Assembly: GCA_023229045.1 (NCBI GenBank)
Contig: JALOAB010000001.1
Coordinates: 1 to 56,269 of the forward strand
Length of the DNA: 56,269 nucleotides
Direction: 5' to 3'
DNA from: Fidelibacterota bacterium
Lineage (GTDB): Bacteria; Fidelibacterota; UBA2242
The first letter of the stretch is position 1. Each line of letters begins with the position of its first letter. The position numbers and the translations under genes are program-made. Below the pieces are notes generated by a model. The model made no database searches and had not been told where the DNA came from. It saw only the letters and a program-made list of their open reading frames with translations. Positions 38,322-47,791 of the stretch are shown piece by piece.

Positions 38322-40289
38322 TTAAATTTGATAACCCAGTTTAAATAAAAAAGTACGTTGGGGTTGCCGATATCGAAGTGGTGCCAGATTGGAAGGATGA
38401 TAATAACGCGCATCCAGCAGATTATTTACAGCCAATTGCAATTCCAGCTTAGAAATGGGATAGTAATTGATCACTCCGTTCAGAACTAAATAAGGATCGA
38501 TATAATAATCGTCCGCAGTAGAATCATGTTGGGGATTTTTGCGACGACTGAGATAATTGCCCCGCAGATTGCATTTCAAATTTGACAATAAAGTATAGCC
38601 GATTCCGGCATTTAAGCCATGCTTGGCAATCTCGGGTACTACACTGTCGTCCGAATATTTTGAATCGTTATAGGTATAATTCAGATAGAATTGGATTTTA
38701 TTACGACTATATTCAAGATTCGCTTCCAGACCGCTGGTATTCATTTCTTCGGCATTAATCCACTTGTCAGCCGCCTGTTCCAGCAGATTGCGAATCTGGT
38801 TTCTATAAATTGACAGGTCGATTCGGCTATATTTAGTCAGAGTAAATATATTCGCCAACTCGATTGATTTCATGTATTCAGGTTCCAGATCAGGATTGCC
38901 TTTCTCCCAGTTGTAATCCCATGGTCTGGGTGCGCGGAAGGCTTCCGTGTAGAGCAGTTTTGCGGTATAGATTTTCTTCCCGTAGACTACACCCAAACGC
39001 GGCGTAAAAACGGTTCCGTAATAGGAACTCCGGTCAAGACGGGCGCCGATTGTGACTTCGAGCGCTTTAACCAACCGGTATTGAGTTTGGAAATAAAGGC
39101 TGATCAGAGTATTAATTTCAAAATCCGGTTCAGGCGGTTTTTGTGGCGCGACATCCGGATCATTACTAAAGGATTTAGCGAAATCATCAGCCAGTTTTTC
39201 AGATTCCATCACTAAACCGGTCACCAGATTGGCTTTTTCGCCAATCTCGTAATCGAACTGTTCTTCAAGTCCAAGCAATGAATTGGGTCGGTAATAGCGA
39301 CTCTGCCCGCTATCAGTTTTGACGTAAATGGTATTGTCCATTACGGTGGCATTGCGATAATACACCTGTGATTTCAATGACCATTTTTGGTTTTTAGAAT
39401 AGGCATGATTCAAATAAGCATTGATAAAGCGTATATGAAAATTGGTGCCGCTGTCATGAAAGTTGGCGCTAACCGTGTCAACCGTCGTCCGCGAAGCCTG
39501 TTTATCCTGGAGGGTGATTCCAAAACGAACATTTTTATAGTTAATTTTTGAGTCGATTCCGAAGTCATTTTCGAAATTTTCCATTTCTTTCGACCAGTTC
39601 CAGTCGCCCTCTTCCCCACCTAAATGAGCTTTTTCGGTCTGCTTGTAATGCGCGGCTATGATGGCATTAAATGGTGAATCAGTGGGATTGATCTTATGTG
39701 AAAAATCGGCAAATAGCGTTCCGAAGGAACCCGCCGTGAGGTGTGCTTCAGCTTTCGGGCTATCTTCGGGATCTTTGGTGATAATATTGATAATGCCGCA
39801 GATGGCGTTGGTTCCGTATAGCGCGGAGGACGGCCCGTAAACCACTTCAATTCGTCTGACGTTCTGCAGGTTGTACTGGTAACCGCCATAAAAACCACCG
39901 GAATTCAATTCATTGATCTGGATCCCGTCGATTAGCACCAGGATCAGGTTGTTCTGGCTGGGCGCGCCCCGTTGAAAAGAATAACTATTGAATCCCTGAA
40001 TATTCCGGAACTGGAATCCGGGTAAATCTTTGAGAACATCTTCCAGACTGTGATAAGCTCGTTCCTTGATCTGATTGGCCGTAATAATCCGGACGGTGGC
40101 CGGGACTTTTTCGATCAACTGAGCTTTTTTGGTAGCGGTAGCGACCTTGATATTCATTAGCGCGCTTAAATCCAACTCGAGCCATTCGTCGATTTCGGAA
40201 CTATGCGCAATACTTAAACTCACTAGCAAAAACAGTACAGAAAAGCCGTTAAATCTCCACTTATTCCTAACGGTTTTTGCGACGGACAT
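38322..40289 (-). CDS. TonB-dependent outer-membrane receptor (short type, no N-terminal signalling extension)
   Basis: 655 aa with a signal peptide and a plug domain (VATATKKAQLIEKVPATVRIIT...LEDVLKDLPGFQF, EVVYGPSSALYGTNAICGIINIITK). A long beta-barrel region follows. Confidence 0.85.
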   Translation of the reverse strand: MSVAKTVRNKWRFNGFSVLFLLVSLSIAHSSEIDEWLELDLSALMNIKVATATKKAQLIEKVPATVRIITANQIKERAYHSLEDVLKDLPGFQFRNIQGFNSYSFQRGAPSQNNLILVLIDGIQINELNSGGFYGGYQYNLQNVRRIEVVYGPSSALYGTNAICGIINIITKDPEDSPKAEAHLTAGSFGTLFADFSHKINPTDSPFNAIIAAHYKQTEKAHLGGEEGDWNWSKEMENFENDFGIDSKINYKNVRFGITLQDKQASRTTVDTVSANFHDSGTNFHIRFINAYLNHAYSKNQKWSLKSQVYYRNATVMDNTIYVKTDSGQSRYYRPNSLLGLEEQFDYEIGEKANLVTGLVMESEKLADDFAKSFSNDPDVAPQKPPEPDFEINTLISLYFQTQYRLVKALEVTIGARLDRSSYYGTVFTPRLGVVYGKKIYTAKLLYTEAFRAPRPWDYNWEKGNPDLEPEYMKSIELANIFTLTKYSRIDLSIYRNQIRNLLEQAADKWINAEEMNTSGLEANLEYSRNKIQFYLNYTYNDSKYSDDSVVPEIAKHGLNAGIGYTLLSNLKCNLRGNYLSRRKNPQHDSTADDYYIDPYLVLNGVINYYPISKLELQLAVNNLLDARYYHPSNLAPLRYRQPQRTFLFKLGYQI

Positions 40290-40461
40290 ATTTTTTGAGT
40301 TTAAAATAATTTCATATTATAAAAATCGTACAGCGTTATATTAGTGAAGAATTAACTGAATGTCAACAAAGATGTAGGCCGATTCTGTGAGTATAATCAT
40401 ATCGTTTATCTTTAATAAAGCACTAACGATAATATGGCTCTCAACATTTTTAATAATAGGT

Positions 40462-43446
40462 CTAACGAATAAGCACCATCTTCCTGGTAATATTGAAACC
40501 AGTCGATGTTCTCAGTGAATATAAATAGACACCACTTGACACTAATCGCCCTACATGATCCTTACCATTCCAGGTTACGTTATGGCAACCAGCCTGGCAA
40601 TATTCATCGTACAATCTGACCACTTCCCGCCCCATCATATCATATACACTTAACGAAATTTGAGTTGGTTTTGGCAAATCGAAAGAAATGTTAGTTGTAG
40701 GATTAAAGGGATTAGGAGTATTTTGAGTCAACCGATATTGTACCGGTAATAAAGCGGGCTCCATTTCTTTGAAATATTCCGCGTTCCCGAAAATCAGCTT
40801 ATAATCGCCTTGTTTTGTATCGGCTGGAATCGTAATGCCATCATCAGTATTTAAATAAATTAGCCGATTCGTCTGCCGATCGAGTATTCCGATAACGAAA
40901 TTAGCAAAATTGTTGATCCCTTCGATGTTCATTTGCAGGTCGTAATTAGTCTGATTCTTGACGCAGAGGTTGAATTGACTGCCTATATTAATTTCCGGAC
41001 AATGTTCAACAGAAAGGAATTTATAATTAATTGACAAGTCTGGTTCATAGATGTAAATACTTGCCTTTTCGAAGGTCGCTGGCGGATATAAATAATCCCA
41101 GTTATCAAAATCCCGGCTGGCGTTTTCATGCAGGCCAATTATCGCTGTAGCGTAGTGCCGCTCATTACTCGCTATTGAACATCGTATGTTTCGTTCGGCG
41201 GTGAAGATCGGCATACTCCTTTTGGTCAAGGTTGAGGCTGTATTATATGGAATCAAAAGGGAATCAAGATTATCTAAATTGTTGAAATAATATCCGGAAT
41301 AGACTTTAAACACCGCCGGCTGGCTCCAGCTACCGTCCCAGGAATAGATCGTACGATTATTCGCCAGACCGTTGGCTTGAAGCACTTTACTCCATTCGAC
41401 ATCGCGAGCGAACGGATTAGAAATCAAATTCCAACCATCATGCAGGGGAATCGAATAAGTAAAACTATTTGTTAAAACTACCGAATTAATCTCGCGCGAT
41501 ATTTTTAAAGGGCTTCGACTCAGGATCCAGAATGCTCGTCCTGGTTGGAAATTGAAAATCGCACTACCATCATATTTTACCTGATAGTTTGATTCAGCGC
41601 CATTATCCCAGAAAGCATTCCAGTCAGCAGGTGCTTTTCCAGTTAGAAAATCCGATATGGGTAAATTAATCTTACCCGGCATTCCAATAATCCGATAATT
41701 TTCGGTGTCATCAGCATCTCCAAAACTGATTTTCTGCGAGAGCGCTAATGTATCAGGACAGTTAAAAATGGTAAATACTGGACTTACTGAATAGATTTTA
41801 TATGAAGCTGCATCGCTGATTTTAACAACACAGGAATCCGAGGAAACCGACGCAACTTGCCAGTCGTAATTACCGATGTCAGATGATATACTACTCACGA
41901 TCGGGGACCAGGTATGTCCATTATTGACTGAATATTCAATTTTCAGGGAGTTGATATCGCTAGCATTCCATTCAATTTTGTAGGTTTTACCAGCCTGCCA
42001 TATTCCATTTGCAACAGGTGAGTTGATGGTGATTTCCGGAACCACTCCATAGGCTTTAATCGCCAGATCGTATTGACCGTCTTCGTCATTGCCAATCGAA
42101 GACCAGGCTACTCCATTTGAACTGACCCAACAAACCCCGGACTCGATTACCGGATCGGCGTACCCTTCGGATGCAAATTCGGCCGGAACCGGATAAGTAT
42201 AGTACGGCGTCGTATACTTGACTTTAACGTAACAATCTTCACCTTCAGCTAACGTGATTGTATCCGGGAGATCAAAAGTATAATATCCCGGCCAGGCACA
42301 GGTTTTCGAAGTAATAGATATCAGTTTATCCGAATCCAGTAATTCTGTACCGTTGAATTCATCGTAAATATCAATCGCTATAGTAGCATTAGCCGCATTC
42401 GCCCAAGTGCCAATTTTTTGAATTTTAACAGGTTCATCGGCTACGAATCTGACAAGTCCGGCCGAAAAGCTACTACCATAGCCAACGGCACCGATACTGC
42501 CCAAATAATCATAGCCAATGACTTTTGAATTAGAAACGTATTCCAAACTATACGGAAAATAGCCACAGGTCGAATTAACTTTGGTATCATTGTACGAAAT
42601 ATAAAAATATCCATCTTCGCCAAATTCAGGTCCCCAGCTGTTTTTTATTATCCAGGCGCCCGTCCCTCCGTCTGACACCTTGGTGTCATCCCAACCAGCT
42701 ATCAGAACGGCGTGATTTGTACTGGAATCTGCTGAACCATTGTAACAGTAAGTATAATCAGATGAATTATAGGAATTATCCTCCCAGCGCATTGTCGTAT
42801 ACAACGCTCCAAAATCGATTAAAGCTTGTTTGATTATATCCATATCGTTGGGTAATTGGCGCATATCAGTTATATATGCGACCTCACTAAATCCGGATGG
42901 ACAATCTCCAGCCTCCGCTGTATACGGATCATCCGTTTCCAAAAGCGGCCCGGATTTTCTGGTAAAGTAGGCCATGGCCATATTCATATTACCGCCTTCA
43001 CAAGATTCATATGCGAATCCATGACAGTTGTTAAGATTATCCTCCGAAAGGTCATATTCTCCGAAATCCGCTTTTTTCCATTTCGATTCTATGGCTCCCA
43101 TGGCCGCAAATGCCCAGCATGATCCGCAATTGCCTTGATTTTTCACAGAGGTTAACATAGATGCACCATCAGCTCCGGCGGTACGCAGATCATATACAGC
43201 ATCCGTAATCACAACCCGTTCTCTCGCATTCGCATTCCAACCAGCAAAACTTGGTCGAAAAGGCGGCGGTATTTCACCCAATATAAATCCGTATTGCGAT
43301 ATTTCCGGACTATATCTACCAGTTAACTTCCTTTCCTGATATTTGATGAAATCCGGATTAAGTGGCGCAATTTGCCAGGATTCAGCCGCAAATGTGATAA
43401 GCGCGAATAAGAGTAGCAGAACAAGGGTATTTAGTATCTTCTTCAT
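40462..43446 (-). CDS. secreted papain-like (C1) cysteine peptidase with Ig-like/unknown middle domains and a T9SS C-terminal sorting domain
   Basis: The signal peptide starts at the internal Met (MKKILNTLVLLLLFALITFA). The catalytic Cys motif is NQGNCGSCWAFAA, with the His region NHAVLIAGWD and NSWG. The last ~80 aa (ISLSVYDMMGREV...GVYLYSLRT...KMVLIR) look like a Por/T9SS tail. Confidence 0.8.
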   Translation of the reverse strand: MKKILNTLVLLLLFALITFAAESWQIAPLNPDFIKYQERKLTGRYSPEISQYGFILGEIPPPFRPSFAGWNANARERVVITDAVYDLRTAGADGASMLTSVKNQGNCGSCWAFAAMGAIESKWKKADFGEYDLSEDNLNNCHGFAYESCEGGNMNMAMAYFTRKSGPLLETDDPYTAEAGDCPSGFSEVAYITDMRQLPNDMDIIKQALIDFGALYTTMRWEDNSYNSSDYTYCYNGSADSSTNHAVLIAGWDDTKVSDGGTGAWIIKNSWGPEFGEDGYFYISYNDTKVNSTCGYFPYSLEYVSNSKVIGYDYLGSIGAVGYGSSFSAGLVRFVADEPVKIQKIGTWANAANATIAIDIYDEFNGTELLDSDKLISITSKTCAWPGYYTFDLPDTITLAEGEDCYVKVKYTTPYYTYPVPAEFASEGYADPVIESGVCWVSSNGVAWSSIGNDEDGQYDLAIKAYGVVPEITINSPVANGIWQAGKTYKIEWNASDINSLKIEYSVNNGHTWSPIVSSISSDIGNYDWQVASVSSDSCVVKISDAASYKIYSVSPVFTIFNCPDTLALSQKISFGDADDTENYRIIGMPGKINLPISDFLTGKAPADWNAFWDNGAESNYQVKYDGSAIFNFQPGRAFWILSRSPLKISREINSVVLTNSFTYSIPLHDGWNLISNPFARDVEWSKVLQANGLANNRTIYSWDGSWSQPAVFKVYSGYYFNNLDNLDSLLIPYNTASTLTKRSMPIFTAERNIRCSIASNERHYATAIIGLHENASRDFDNWDYLYPPATFEKASIYIYEPDLSINYKFLSVEHCPEINIGSQFNLCVKNQTNYDLQMNIEGINNFANFVIGILDRQTNRLIYLNTDDGITIPADTKQGDYKLIFGNAEYFKEMEPALLPVQYRLTQNTPNPFNPTTNISFDLPKPTQISLSVYDMMGREVVRLYDEYCQAGCHNVTWNGKDHVGRLVSSGVYLYSLRTSTGFNITRKMVLIR

Positions 43447-43466
43447 ATAATTACCTTTTAACATAA

Positions 43467-43928
43467 TTAGGGACGACCGGGTGGCATCCCGATAGGATCA
43501 TTTTCAGGTTCTCCGCTAAAAATAACGGCGACGACGATTCCGACAACTACAGCTGAACCGGCATACAAATAGCCTCTGGGTATTTTCTTCAATTCAGTCG
43601 CACGGACTTCGAAGTAATAATCAGCATAATTCTCACCGGGTTGAAATTCCTGGACATAATTCCAAACTGCTTTTCGTTGCGTACCGGCGAATTTTCCTTT
43701 GCCGATATCTCCTTTAATATTTGAAGGTTTCAGACTATAATCAGGCAGATCCCTCCTTTTCAAAATAACATCGACCTTATATTTCATTTTCGGATTGCCA
43801 GCCAGGTCATAGCGGATTTCTATATTCTGGCCATCCAGCGTAAAGTCAATATTGGTCACCCGAACTTCCTGAGATGACAGTACAGTCGTAAGTAACAATA
43901 AGAAAGATAAAATTCGGTACATTTTCAT
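43467..43928 (-). CDS. small secreted beta-sandwich-like protein with a C-terminal TM anchor (unknown function)
   Basis: It starts at the internal Met (MKMYRILSFLLLLTTVLSSQ), followed by about 110 aa of beta-rich sequence. A TM segment (YLYAGSAVVVGIVVAVIF) lies near the C-terminus. It ends 20 nt before the peptidase gene. Confidence 0.55.
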   Translation of the reverse strand: MKMYRILSFLLLLTTVLSSQEVRVTNIDFTLDGQNIEIRYDLAGNPKMKYKVDVILKRRDLPDYSLKPSNIKGDIGKGKFAGTQRKAVWNYVQEFQPGENYADYYFEVRATELKKIPRGYLYAGSAVVVGIVVAVIFSGEPENDPIGMPPGRP

Positions 43929-44120
43929 AAAAAACCTTTCAGCTTTATTTGGTAATTTATATTGAGGTAGGCATTTTAGTCCGTTCAAATTATGCTCAAT
44001 CAACTCACACAGTCAGATATTATCAATTTCAGGAAGCAAATTCAATAAAATATTTCAGGATTCTTGATAAATAATCGGCTTACCCATTCATCAATTATTT
44101 CAAATTCAGGAAATTATTAG

Positions 44121-45566
44121 TTACCCCTTTATCACCCCAAGCGGTTTAAAGCGGGCAACTTTGCGGATGATGCCGGCGGCATTCATAGTTTCCACAACTT
44201 CACTGACATCTTTGTACGCAAACGGCATTTCCTCAGCGATTGTGCCTTTCTGTTCTGCCATGACATAAACGCCGCTTTCCGCTAAAGTCTTATACAGATC
44301 GATACCCCGGGCTTTAGCCTTAGCCTGGTGGCGTGATAATACTCGACCGGCGCCATGACAGGCACTGCCAAATGTCTCCTGCATGGCGGTAGTCGTACCA
44401 ACGCACAGAAAACTTTCAGTTCCCATATCGCCGGGAATCAACACCGGCTGGCCGATTTTGCGGTAAACCTCGGGCAAATCCGGATGATCCGGACCAAAAG
44501 CACGGGTGGCGCCTTTGCGATGAACACATACCCGAGTATTTTTCGTGCCAAACTGATGTTCTTCAATTTTGGCAATATTATGGGCAATGTCCCAAACTGG
44601 GCGAAAACCTATTTCAGATGGACTGATGCCCAGAGTTTTCATCATACTATTCTCAATTAATGAAGCAATTACCTGCCGATTGGCGAAGGCAAAATTGGCC
44701 GCCGAACGCATAGCCGCCAGATAATCGCGACCTTCCGGCGATTTTAACGGCGCGCAGGCTAATTGCCGGTCCGGAATTTGAATTTCGTACTTCCGGGTGG
44801 CGTTCAGCGTCGTTTTGATGAAATCATCACAAATCTGGTAACCGAATCCGCGTGAACCGGTATGTAATATTATGACTAATTTATCTTTAAATATTCCCAT
44901 CGTATCAGCCGCGACCTGGTCAAATATATCCGCCACTTTTCCTATTTCTATAAAGTGATTGCCACTTCCGAGCGTCCCAACCTGATCCGCACCGCGTTCA
45001 AAGGCCCGTTGCGAGATGATTGAAGGGTCGCCTCCGGCCAATTGGCCGCGGTCTTCGATATATTCCAGATCAGCGGAATCGCCAAATCCGTTTTTTACCG
45101 CCCAACTAGCGCCCTCGAGTGCAACTTGCTCGAGATCCCGCCGACTAAGTTTACGGATAGCGCCATGCGAACCGATTCCGCTCGGAACATTGCTAAAAAT
45201 GCCGGCGATTAAATCCTTCACAGACTTCTTCAAATCAGCGAGCGTGAGATTCGTCCGCATCAGACGCACTCCGCAATTGATATCGTAGCCGACGCCGCCG
45301 GGCGAAATGATGCCTTCTTCGATATCAAATGCCGCTACGCCGCCGATCGGAAAACCATAGCCCCAGTGAATGTCCGGCATGGCAAACGAATAACCGATTA
45401 TTCCGGGCAATTGGGCAACGTTGGCAACCTGTTTCAGACTCTCGTCACTTCTTATGGACTGCATCAGTTTGTCGCTGGCAAAGATGCGCCCCGGCACGCG
45501 CATCGAACCGGACTTTGAAATTTCCCAAACCTGTTCGCTGATTTTATGTAATTCCTGATTGCTCAT
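44121..45566 (-). CDS. rtcB: RNA 3'-phosphate/2',3'-cyclic-phosphate ligase RtcB
   Basis: 481 aa with GGVGYDINCGVR, GSGNHF, HTGSRGFG and ACHGAGR. Confidence 0.92.
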   Translation of the reverse strand: MSNQELHKISEQVWEISKSGSMRVPGRIFASDKLMQSIRSDESLKQVANVAQLPGIIGYSFAMPDIHWGYGFPIGGVAAFDIEEGIISPGGVGYDINCGVRLMRTNLTLADLKKSVKDLIAGIFSNVPSGIGSHGAIRKLSRRDLEQVALEGASWAVKNGFGDSADLEYIEDRGQLAGGDPSIISQRAFERGADQVGTLGSGNHFIEIGKVADIFDQVAADTMGIFKDKLVIILHTGSRGFGYQICDDFIKTTLNATRKYEIQIPDRQLACAPLKSPEGRDYLAAMRSAANFAFANRQVIASLIENSMMKTLGISPSEIGFRPVWDIAHNIAKIEEHQFGTKNTRVCVHRKGATRAFGPDHPDLPEVYRKIGQPVLIPGDMGTESFLCVGTTTAMQETFGSACHGAGRVLSRHQAKAKARGIDLYKTLAESGVYVMAEQKGTIAEEMPFAYKDVSEVVETMNAAGIIRKVARFKPLGVIKG

Positions 45567-45575
45567 CGATCACCT

Positions 45576-45998
45576 CTAAATATCCAGGACAAACCGCGCT
45601 TGCCAGCCATTATCGCCGTGAATTATCTTTAACTCATGGTAGGTCACGCTCTTTATCTCGCGTTTTAGATTGTGTCTCTGCGAATCAAACGCTTCACCGG
45701 TGGCAGTCGCCTGTAATTCCCGCCCTGTTAGTTTTTTTATCCGGAAAGATTTGAATATGAAATGCCGGCTTATGGAATAGTAAAGCAATTCGCCCAGCCA
45801 TTCCCGCAGGAGCAATTCCGGCTCATCAGCCCGAACGGAAAATTCAACCGTCTCCTTCTCTTTTATTTGGCGGGGATTGATCATCAAATCGAATAAGGCG
45901 GACGCCGAATGTTCAAAAAGTGCCGGTAAATCCGCGCCATAAACCTCGATTCCCAGGTCGGCAGTGTGCGGAAAGGTCGTGTAAACTCGTTTTTTCAT
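45576..45998 (-). CDS. archease (RtcB activator)
   Basis: 140 aa with HTADLGIEV near the N-terminus and IKSVTYHELKI near the C-terminus. It lies 9 nt upstream of rtcB. Confidence 0.85.
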   Translation of the reverse strand: MKKRVYTTFPHTADLGIEVYGADLPALFEHSASALFDLMINPRQIKEKETVEFSVRADEPELLLREWLGELLYYSISRHFIFKSFRIKKLTGRELQATATGEAFDSQRHNLKREIKSVTYHELKIIHGDNGWQARFVLDI

Positions 45999-46299
45999 TA
46001 CTCTGCTATACTATTTCGGAAAGGTCGCTACGATTTTTTAATTCACCTAATAATTTCAAACCTCAACTGCTAAGATATACACATTTATAATAAGCGCAAA
46101 CATGTTTATCAGAAAAAATAAATATAACGTTCAGTACCTTAATCCATCATCAACTGTCCCTTACGCTAAAAACATCTTCTTGAATCGCAATACTATTTTT
46201 AATAGATTCATTCTGATTTTATGATAAAAAGAAAAACATCAAAAAGAAGTCATCGATATTAAACTCTAAGTTATTTTTGATTTGATCAGTTAGTAAAAT

Positions 46300-47730
46300 A
46301 TGGCGAGCGATTTAAATCTACTGGATACACTTTCAAGTAATCTCTATCAGTTAAAAATCCTGAAAACGATAGACGAAAAGTGTAATCTGCTTTTGGAAAC
46401 CTTGCGAAAAACCGGATGGCGTAAAGCTAGTCTCGGTTTCCTGAATAGTAAATACGAAACCAAGAAAACGCTTTATTCCGGCTATGAACCAGAAGCGATC
46501 CAATACTCGGAAGATCATAAATTGCCACCTGAAAAAAGAAAGGCACTGCTCAGCTCGGCCGTTGAACGTTGGCGCATCATTCCATTTTATTATCTTCCCT
46601 GGAAAGATGAACGCGTCCGTTATATTCTGACTGATGGTTTAAAGACTGAAATTCCCCTGCAACATAAACCCGAATGGCATAAGAATGATCTTCTCTACGC
46701 GCCGATTTATTTTGAAGGGCGACCGATTGCGGTATTGAATCTCGATGAACCGAAAGACCCGTCTATCCCATCCAAGGTAAATCTGCGGGCGCCGACAATA
46801 ATCCACAGCTTCATCACGGAAGTAATCCTTCAAACCGTATGCGAAGAACATTATGAAAATTTCCTGCAAATCCATCGTTCGATTATCGCCCGTGGAACAA
46901 TCGGTATTATCGAATTAGATGAGACTGGAAAAATTGTTGACGTCAACGACGTGGCAGAACAAATATTAAAAATAAGTAAGGTCAAATTACTCGATAACAA
47001 ATACAATAAAGTCTTAAATATTGAATTTTTAGATCAAATTGCACCGGCGTTTCAGGAAGCGATGAAGACCCTGAAGGATGTCAATCTGAATGTTGAATTT
47101 TGTGATATCAACAATGAAAAGCATATGCTTGAAGTCCATTTAACCCCGCTTCACCTCCTTTATGATTACACCGGTATGGTTCTCTCGTTTAATTATTTGG
47201 AAAAAACCGAAATATTTGCCACTTATCGGACAGTTCTGGATAACTTAAATGCGCTCACTTCACATCTATCCGGTGATTATATTAACATCCAAAATCAATT
47301 AATTCAATTGATGTGCGCTCAGTATCGTTTTATTTTCCCTCGCCTGTATATCCTGAGTGAAGATCGGGAAATTCTCAAATGTGTCTTGTCTTATGATCCC
47401 GCTCTGGAAAATCTGAGCTTCTTCGATCATCCCTTTAATCGTAATAGTCTGGCGGCTAATGCCATTCTGGAGGATATGCTGGTTTATACCACTGAAAAAG
47501 AGAAAAACGTTCGCGACCTGCGACGCATCTGGGAACGTCTTAAGACTAAAGCCGCCGTTGCCATACCTCTACATATTATGACAGAAATAAAAGCCGCGCT
47601 GGTTTTCGATATTGAATCAGCCGACTTTTTTCTGGATGAATCAAAGAAAATCACTCTGGATCTTTTCGGCAAATTAATCAGCCTTGCCTTAAGACCGATT
47701 TTTGAAAAATCTACTCCTGAAAATCAATAA
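46300..47730 (+). CDS. GAF-PAS-GAF-like sensor protein without a recognisable output domain
   Basis: 476 aa. The central PAS-like block is GIIELDETGKIVDVNDVAEQILKISKVKLLDNKY, and the flanking regions look like GAF folds by secondary-structure pattern only. I see no kinase, GGDEF or HTH motif. Confidence 0.45.
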   Translation: MASDLNLLDTLSSNLYQLKILKTIDEKCNLLLETLRKTGWRKASLGFLNSKYETKKTLYSGYEPEAIQYSEDHKLPPEKRKALLSSAVERWRIIPFYYLPWKDERVRYILTDGLKTEIPLQHKPEWHKNDLLYAPIYFEGRPIAVLNLDEPKDPSIPSKVNLRAPTIIHSFITEVILQTVCEEHYENFLQIHRSIIARGTIGIIELDETGKIVDVNDVAEQILKISKVKLLDNKYNKVLNIEFLDQIAPAFQEAMKTLKDVNLNVEFCDINNEKHMLEVHLTPLHLLYDYTGMVLSFNYLEKTEIFATYRTVLDNLNALTSHLSGDYINIQNQLIQLMCAQYRFIFPRLYILSEDREILKCVLSYDPALENLSFFDHPFNRNSLAANAILEDMLVYTTEKEKNVRDLRRIWERLKTKAAVAIPLHIMTEIKAALVFDIESADFFLDESKKITLDLFGKLISLALRPIFEKSTPENQ

Positions 47731-47791
47731 TATTTATGTTGCGTTCAATCAGTGTGGCTTTTAGATTCTTTTGGTATTAAGTGGTAACCTG

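Noticed and set aside
24095-40289. The whole 24-40 kb region as an integrated mobile element bounded by the tRNA repeat
   Set aside because: I found no integrase, transposase, conjugation or phage genes. I also found no second distal copy of the 21-mer in any intergenic spacer of the window. Only the local scar is reported.
45999-46299. A sigma-54 promoter or a Y-RNA/tRNA-like ncRNA upstream of archease-rtcB
   Set aside because: I scanned both strands for TGGCAC-N5-TTGC and for stem-rich segments. The spacer is AT-rich and unstructured, with no such element. A 13-codon basic mini-ORF (MIKRKTSKRSHRY) has no RBS.
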